Source: Elusimicrobiota bacterium (lineage in GTDB: Bacteria; CG03). Taken from it: 10,213 nucleotides of DNA. The stretch's first letter is position 1. Each line of letters opens with the position of its first letter. The notes below the pieces were generated by a model that saw only the letters and a program-made list of their open reading frames with translations, was not told where the DNA came from and searched no databases. A program made the translations under genes and the position numbers. Where the stretch lies: contig JAGHAK010000089.1 in assembly GCA_021161565.1 (NCBI GenBank), forward strand, positions 1 to 10,213. Reading direction: 5' to 3'. Shown piece after piece: positions 5,793 to 10,213 of this stretch.

Positions 5793-6670
5793 TTTTGGTT
5801 TTTAAGTCTCTTTTTCAGCTCTTCTTCCTCGCGCATTTTCAGATTCGCAATTACCGGAGATGCCATATTGCAGATTGTTCCTATCAGAATTCTGTCTTCC
5901 CACCCGAACTCTCCAGCGGACGAAACGGCAAGAAATCCTTCGGATTTTCCCTTGTGCGAGATGCCGGAGAAAAACCACATTCCGGGAGAAAAAATATCCC
6001 TTGCCGCGTAATACCCTTTTTGCCCAATGGACGAAATCAGTTCCGATGCCCTCTGCACAACGGGCGAATCCGTTTCCTCTCCCGATTTCGCAATACAGAC
6101 AAATTCATCGTTATACAAATCATAAGAATAGAAAAGAGCAGATTTTATGTCCATTGAATCCGAAACCCTGCTGACCACGGTTTCAGCGACTTCGCGAAGC
6201 GTTCGCAAAGATCCTATTGTGCGGGCGATTTCGAACAACGTGGTGAAATATCTGTCCATATTCCTGAGGCGGAAGGATGAAACTCTTATTATGTTCATAA
6301 GAATTCCGAAACCCACATCCGGCTTCGCTTTCAAAAATTCGGCAAAAGCCGAACCGCCTATCTTCAGAATTTCGCATTCGTTTATTGCCGTGGCTGAGGC
6401 GGAGCGGGGAGCGTTTTCAAAGAGAGCCATCTCTCCGAAAATATCGCCAGCCTTCAAAACGGCGACAGTCTTCGAACCGCCCGAAATTTTCTTCGCGATT
6501 GAAACTTCTCCACTTACAAGAATGTAAATATCCCTGTCCTGCCCTCCCTCTTCGAAAATAATGTCACCGTCGGAGTATTTTTCAATTCTGGAAATTGTTT
6601 CCAGTTCGTTAAGTTCTCTTTCCCCAAGTGCGGCAAAAAGTTTTATATTTCTAATCTCTTTGCCAGACAT
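5780..6670 (-). CDS. Cyclic-nucleotide-binding (CAP-effector-type) domain fused to a C-terminal GAF-like domain, 296 aa. No HTH.
   Basis: cNMP-binding signature ...DGDIIFEEGGQDRDIYILVSGEVSI...LKAGDIFGEMALFENAPRSASATAINECEIL. The C-terminal half (MDRYFTTLFEIARTIGSLRTLREVAETVVSRVSDSMDIKSALFY...GFLAVSS...) looks like GAF. ATG at 6670 overlaps the PilT-1 TGA (TGATG). AAGGA SD lies upstream. Confidence 0.75.
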   Translation of the reverse strand: MSGKEIRNIKLFAALGERELNELETISRIEKYSDGDIIFEEGGQDRDIYILVSGEVSIAKKISGGSKTVAVLKAGDIFGEMALFENAPRSASATAINECEILKIGGSAFAEFLKAKPDVGFGILMNIIRVSSFRLRNMDRYFTTLFEIARTIGSLRTLREVAETVVSRVSDSMDIKSALFYSYDLYNDEFVCIAKSGEETDSPVVQRASELISSIGQKGYYAARDIFSPGMWFFSGISHKGKSEGFLAVSSAGEFGWEDRILIGTICNMASPVIANLKMREEEELKKRLKNQKWTL

Positions 6671-7779
6671 CAGAATTTCCTTATTTTTTTCTCCGTGGAT
6701 GGAGCGTTTTCGCTCGCACGGGAAGTTCTGAGTTTTATTTTCAGGTCGTTCGGATTATTGCTGATTCTGAAGGCTTCATCCTCCGTTATCACATCATCCC
6801 GAACCATCCTGAAAAGAGACTGATTCAGCGTGCACATATTGTAAAACGTCGCCGATTCCGCGATATACTGCTGGATTCTGTCCGCCTGATTCTCCTCGAT
6901 AGCCTTCGATATCGTAGGCGTGTTTATCATTATTTCGAATGCAGCGACGCGGCCCGTCCCGTCTTTTTTCTCGCAGAGCCTCTGCGAAACGATCGCCACA
7001 AGAACAAGAGCAAGTTGATGGCGCGCAAAATTCTGGGCTTCAGCGGGAAACACATCGACAATCCTCTCGATTGTCTGCTTCGCGTCGTTTGTGTGAAGAG
7101 TGGAAAAGACAAGATGTCCCGTCTCCGCAGCCGCAATCGCGATTGAAATAGATTCTATCCCGCGCATTTCCCCTATCAGGATACAGTCGGGGTCCTGTCT
7201 CAGGGCGCGGCGCAGGGAATCGCTCCAGGAGAAAGTGTCCATCCCTATCTCGCGCTGGTTTATTATCGCCTTTTTGTCCTGGTGAACGAATTCTATCGGG
7301 TCTTCCACCGTGATTATGTTGAGCGGCTGGGTTTCGTTCAGTTCGTCTATCAGCGCGGCAAGCGTGGTCGATTTTCCAGAACCCGTAGGTCCTACGACAA
7401 GAATCAGACCCTGTTTCCTTTTTACAATATTTTTCAAAACGGCTGGAAGCCCCAGTTCGTCTATCGATGGAATTTTGCTCGGAATCAGGCGGAAAACCCC
7501 GCCGGGAAAACCTTTCTGAAAAAAAAGATTTCCGCGAAACCTGCCGGTTCCGGCAACATCCACAGCGAAATCGTATTCCTTCTTTTCAAGAAACCGCGAA
7601 AATTTTTCCTCGCCGAGAATTTCCCTGAAAATCTCCGTAATCTCGCCGGGCGTAAGCGGGACGCCTTCCGTTCTTTCCAACTTTCCGTTGACGCGAAAAA
7701 CGGGCGGCTGACCAACTTTCAGGTGGAGGTCGCTTCCGCCTCTGGCGGCAAGCGCTTTCATAAAATCATACAGTTTCAT
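6670..7779 (-). CDS. PilT/PilU-family type IV pilus retraction ATPase, paralog 1, 369 aa.
   Basis: MKLYDFMKALAARGGSDLHLKVG N-terminus. Walker A GPTGSGKSTT. Asp box and Walker B DPDCILIGEMRG. His box TGHLVFSTLHTNDA. The AIRNLIRE-equivalent is diverged (ISKAIEENQ), which suggests PilU-like. About 25-aa C-terminal extension. Confidence 0.85.
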   Translation of the reverse strand: MKLYDFMKALAARGGSDLHLKVGQPPVFRVNGKLERTEGVPLTPGEITEIFREILGEEKFSRFLEKKEYDFAVDVAGTGRFRGNLFFQKGFPGGVFRLIPSKIPSIDELGLPAVLKNIVKRKQGLILVVGPTGSGKSTTLAALIDELNETQPLNIITVEDPIEFVHQDKKAIINQREIGMDTFSWSDSLRRALRQDPDCILIGEMRGIESISIAIAAAETGHLVFSTLHTNDAKQTIERIVDVFPAEAQNFARHQLALVLVAIVSQRLCEKKDGTGRVAAFEIMINTPTISKAIEENQADRIQQYIAESATFYNMCTLNQSLFRMVRDDVITEDEAFRISNNPNDLKIKLRTSRASENAPSTEKKIRKF

Positions 7780-7850
7780 ACTTTTATTTTTTGGGTTATC
7801 TTTTTATTTGCGATTTACCGCACATTATTTTTCTTAAAAAAATAGGTCAA
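7780..7850 (-). promoter_or_regulatory. AT-rich 67-nt spacer between the two PilT genes. Candidate internal promoter TTGACC-N17-TAATGT, minus strand.
   Basis: On the minus strand: cgtTTGACCtatttttttaagaaaaaTAATGTgcgg. The TTGACC overlaps the PilT-2 stop codon (7845-7850). It is the only AT-rich gap in an otherwise overlapping gene chain. The -10 is a weak match. Confidence 0.3.
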
Positions 7851-8971
7851 AACGGTTTCCGCGAGCCGAATCCTGACGATCCGCCTCTGCCTGCCGACGA
7901 CGACGGGGAACTCCCTATAAGCTGGGCGAGAACTTCGGGCTTGTTCGCCTTCATCATCGCCAGTTCCTTCGTTATTTTTCCCGCTTTGACGAGATTCGCG
8001 AGAGATTTGTCCATCGAAATCATTCCGTATTTGGCTCCCGTATCGAGGGCGCTGTAAATGAGGTGGGTTTTCCCCTCTCTGATGAGATTGCTCACCGCAG
8101 GAGTCACAATGAGAATTTCGCGGGAGGCGACTCTGCCAGAGCCGTCCGCCGTCGGAAGAAGCTGCTGCGTTATGACTGCCTTGAGAGTCACGGAAAGTTG
8201 CATTCTCACCTGCTGCTGTTGATACGGCGGAAATACATCTATGATTCTGTCAACGGTCTGGGGGGCGTCTGTCGTGTGGAGAGTGGCAAAAACAAGGTGT
8301 CCTGTCTCCGCTATTGTCAGCGCAGCGGAAATCGTCTCGAGGTCTCTCATTTCCCCGACGAGAACAATATCGGGGTCTTCCCGCAGAGCGCTTCGCAAAG
8401 CATTGGTGAAACTTCTTGTGGAACCGCCGAGTTCCCTCTGCGTAAAAACGCACCCCTTCGATTCGTAAACATATTCGATGGGGTCTTCTATCGTGAGAAC
8501 ATGCTCTTTTCTCGTTTTGTTTATCTGCTCGAGCATGCAGGCGAGCGTCGTGGATTTGCCCGACCCTGTCGGACCTGTGACAAGAACCATTCCGCGCGGA
8601 TATTTTGTGCACTCCATCATCGCGGGAGTAAAAGCCAGTTGTTCGGGTTCAGGAATTTTCGAGGAGATAACTCTCAAAACCGCGCCGACGCCGTCTTTCT
8701 GCATCAAAACATTCACTCTGAACCGGCTGACATCCTTTATCTGAAAAGAGCAATCCAGTTCGAAATTTTCTTCAAAGTGCCGTTTCTGTTCGTCGTAAAG
8801 AATGCTGTATATCAGATTCTTCGTGTCTTCTCCCGTCAGGACGGTGTCTCTGTATTCGGGCAGAGGAACGAGTTCGCCGTGTTTTCTCACAATTATCGGT
8901 TTTTCGGGAACAATGTGAATATCAGAAACACCCAGTCTGACAGCGGCTGTCAAAACATCTATCATATCCAT
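7847..8971 (-). CDS. pilT: PilT-family type IV pilus retraction ATPase, paralog 2, 374 aa.
   Basis: Walker A GPTGSGKSTT. DPDIVLVGEMRD. His box TGHLVFATLHTTDA. PilT-type AIRNLIRE-like motif AVSNLIREGK. Ser/Gly-rich C-terminal tail. The track ORF starts at TTG (8986). I prefer ATG at 8971-8969, preceded by GGGAGG with a 7-nt spacer (MDMIDVL...). Confidence 0.85.
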   Translation of the reverse strand: MDMIDVLTAAVRLGVSDIHIVPEKPIIVRKHGELVPLPEYRDTVLTGEDTKNLIYSILYDEQKRHFEENFELDCSFQIKDVSRFRVNVLMQKDGVGAVLRVISSKIPEPEQLAFTPAMMECTKYPRGMVLVTGPTGSGKSTTLACMLEQINKTRKEHVLTIEDPIEYVYESKGCVFTQRELGGSTRSFTNALRSALREDPDIVLVGEMRDLETISAALTIAETGHLVFATLHTTDAPQTVDRIIDVFPPYQQQQVRMQLSVTLKAVITQQLLPTADGSGRVASREILIVTPAVSNLIREGKTHLIYSALDTGAKYGMISMDKSLANLVKAGKITKELAMMKANKPEVLAQLIGSSPSSSAGRGGSSGFGSRKPF

Positions 8972-9010
8972 AAAACTTCCTCCCAATTGGAAAATTCTAC
9001 CTAAAAAAAA

Positions 9011-9499
9011 CTAACCTGGCAAATCCAGAACTTCGTATTCGAGCGTGTCAGTGTCAAGAACCGCTATCCTTTGTATGCCGAGAAGCCACCCGCCCGCTTC
9101 GCCGGGATTGATAATCAGGGTCGAACCCGATTTCCTTATGTCCGTGCGGTGGGTGTGCCCATATATGACGACATCATACGCGCCAAGGGATGCGATTTCG
9201 TCCACGAAATCCGGATAATGATTCATAAAAATTTTTATTCCACCGACTGAGCCGCTGTAAAAATCGTAAAATTCGGCAAAACCGGAAAATTTTTCCCTCA
9301 GATATTTCCTCTCGCCGTCGTTGTTGCCGAAGACGCACGTCATAGGGCAGTTCAGTTTTTTGAATTCCTTGTGCGTAATAGGCGAGATGATATCTCCTGC
9401 GTGAAAGACGCGCTCAACCGCGCGCGAATTGAAAATTTCCACGGCTTTTCTGATAGCGTTCATATTCTCGTGCGTGTCCGCGATTATTCCGATTAGCAT
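9011..9499 (-). CDS. YfcE/MJ0936-family metallophosphoesterase (phosphodiesterase), 162 aa.
   Basis: MLIGIIADTHEN... (D-x-H), ...HAGDI..., ...GNND..., ...NHYP..., ...GHTH... These are the canonical calcineurin-like metal-binding motifs in the right order and spacing. The start overlaps the upstream gene's stop by 7 nt. Confidence 0.85.
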   Translation of the reverse strand: MLIGIIADTHENMNAIRKAVEIFNSRAVERVFHAGDIISPITHKEFKKLNCPMTCVFGNNDGERKYLREKFSGFAEFYDFYSGSVGGIKIFMNHYPDFVDEIASLGAYDVVIYGHTHRTDIRKSGSTLIINPGEAGGWLLGIQRIAVLDTDTLEYEVLDLPG

Positions 9500-10200
9500 T
9501 TGTCTTTCCAGTTTTTCGTCAGAAAGGTCTTTGCCGCTTCATACGATTTTTTAAGAACTTTATCAGGGTCGTCAAAACGCGCGCCTCCAAGGACTTCGAG
9601 CATAAAAACCCCGTCGAAATCCGATTCAGAAAGAGCGGAAACGAATTTTGCCCAGTCTATTTTTCCGTCGCCGGGCGGAAGATGCGCCGAAAAATTGCCC
9701 GCGTTGTCGGAAACATGAAGCGTAAAAAGCCGCGAAGAAACTTTTTTCAGAAAAGAAGCAGGACTTTCTATCAAGTTGGCATGCCCGGTGTCAAGGCATA
9801 CCCCGACGAAATCCTCTGGAAAATCGGCGATAATTCGCATTAAATCCTCCGCATATCCGCCGAGCAGATGAGGCGCGGGATTTTCGCAGGCTATTTTTAC
9901 TTTCCGCAAAATGGCGTTTTCCGCAATGGCATTCAGGCTTTTCTTAATCTGTCCGATTTTCTTTTTAACGAATTCCATATTTGTGAGAGGAAACGACTTT
10001 ACGCTTGGATGAATCACAACAAACTTCGCCTTCAGAAGTTCGCACAAAGCGACAGTTTTTTTTATCTCGCTGACGGCAATGCTTCTCTGCATCTCGTCCA
10101 GAGATGAAATATCGAGATTTTCGCTGAACGGCGCATTTATCGAATGGACCCCGAGATTGAGGATCAGAAGCCGGCTTTTGATTCTTTCGACTTCTTCCAT
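9493..10200 (-). CDS. Sugar-phosphate isomerase/epimerase, xylose-isomerase-like TIM barrel. The N-terminus may lie beyond the window.
   Basis: ...VCLDTGHANL... / ...LFTLHVSDN... / ...GDGKIDWAKFVSAL...FDGVFMLEV... are typical of the AP-endonuclease-2 / xylose-isomerase-like TIM-barrel family. The reading frame is open from 10200 to the window edge (10213) and no SD lies before the ATG at 10200, so the true start may be upstream. Confidence 0.65.
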   Translation of the reverse strand: MEEVERIKSRLLILNLGVHSINAPFSENLDISSLDEMQRSIAVSEIKKTVALCELLKAKFVVIHPSVKSFPLTNMEFVKKKIGQIKKSLNAIAENAILRKVKIACENPAPHLLGGYAEDLMRIIADFPEDFVGVCLDTGHANLIESPASFLKKVSSRLFTLHVSDNAGNFSAHLPPGDGKIDWAKFVSALSESDFDGVFMLEVLGGARFDDPDKVLKKSYEAAKTFLTKNWKDKC

Positions 10201-10213
10201 ATCATTGTAGTCG

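Noticed and set aside
4789-8971. Anti-phage defence island interpretation (Pycsar/CBASS-like, because of the cNMP-binding protein).
   Set aside because: No nucleotide cyclase, nuclease, TIR, SAVED or other effector signature is present in the window. The hypothesis is noted inside a finding but not asserted.
1-10213. CRISPR array, insertion sequence, integrase or other mobile element, and prophage remnants next to the tRNA.
   Set aside because: There are no regularly spaced direct repeats, no transposase, integrase or recombinase-like ORF in any frame, and no duplicated tRNA 3' segment that would mark an att site.

Overview
All eleven protein genes and the tRNA in this 10.2 kb window lie on the minus strand. 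Gaps are 0-12 nt apart from three larger spacers.

Gene order, reading right to left on the minus strand:
- xylose-isomerase-like TIM-barrel protein (the ORF may continue past the window edge)
- YfcE-type metallophosphoesterase
- PilT-family ATPase 2
- PilT-family ATPase 1
- cNMP-binding + GAF protein
- polytopic membrane protein
- small MGMT-family protein
- signal peptide + TPR + E/K-rich helix + TM + HEAT protein
- SPFH/stomatin protein
- gpsA
- HU
- short MerR-family regulator
- tRNA-Pro(GGG)

Many junctions overlap, which suggests translational coupling: ATGA or TGATG 1-4 nt overlaps, and 13-19 nt overlaps.

Two intergenic stretches (300-480 and 2397-2662) carry three and four long, mostly perfect, GC-rich hairpins respectively. 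I could not match them to any known RNA family.

The leads worth following are:
- the SPFH protein paired with an unusual TPR/E-K-helix/TM/HEAT partner
- the cNMP-GAF, membrane and MGMT-like trio coupled to tandem PilT paralogs
- the two structured intergenic elements

There is no CRISPR array, no mobile element and no rRNA.

The + strand ORFs in the track are antisense artefacts of GC-rich coding sequence. Several track ORFs begin at TTG. I re-set PilT-2 and MerR to downstream ATG/GTG codons that have canonical Shine-Dalgarno sites.
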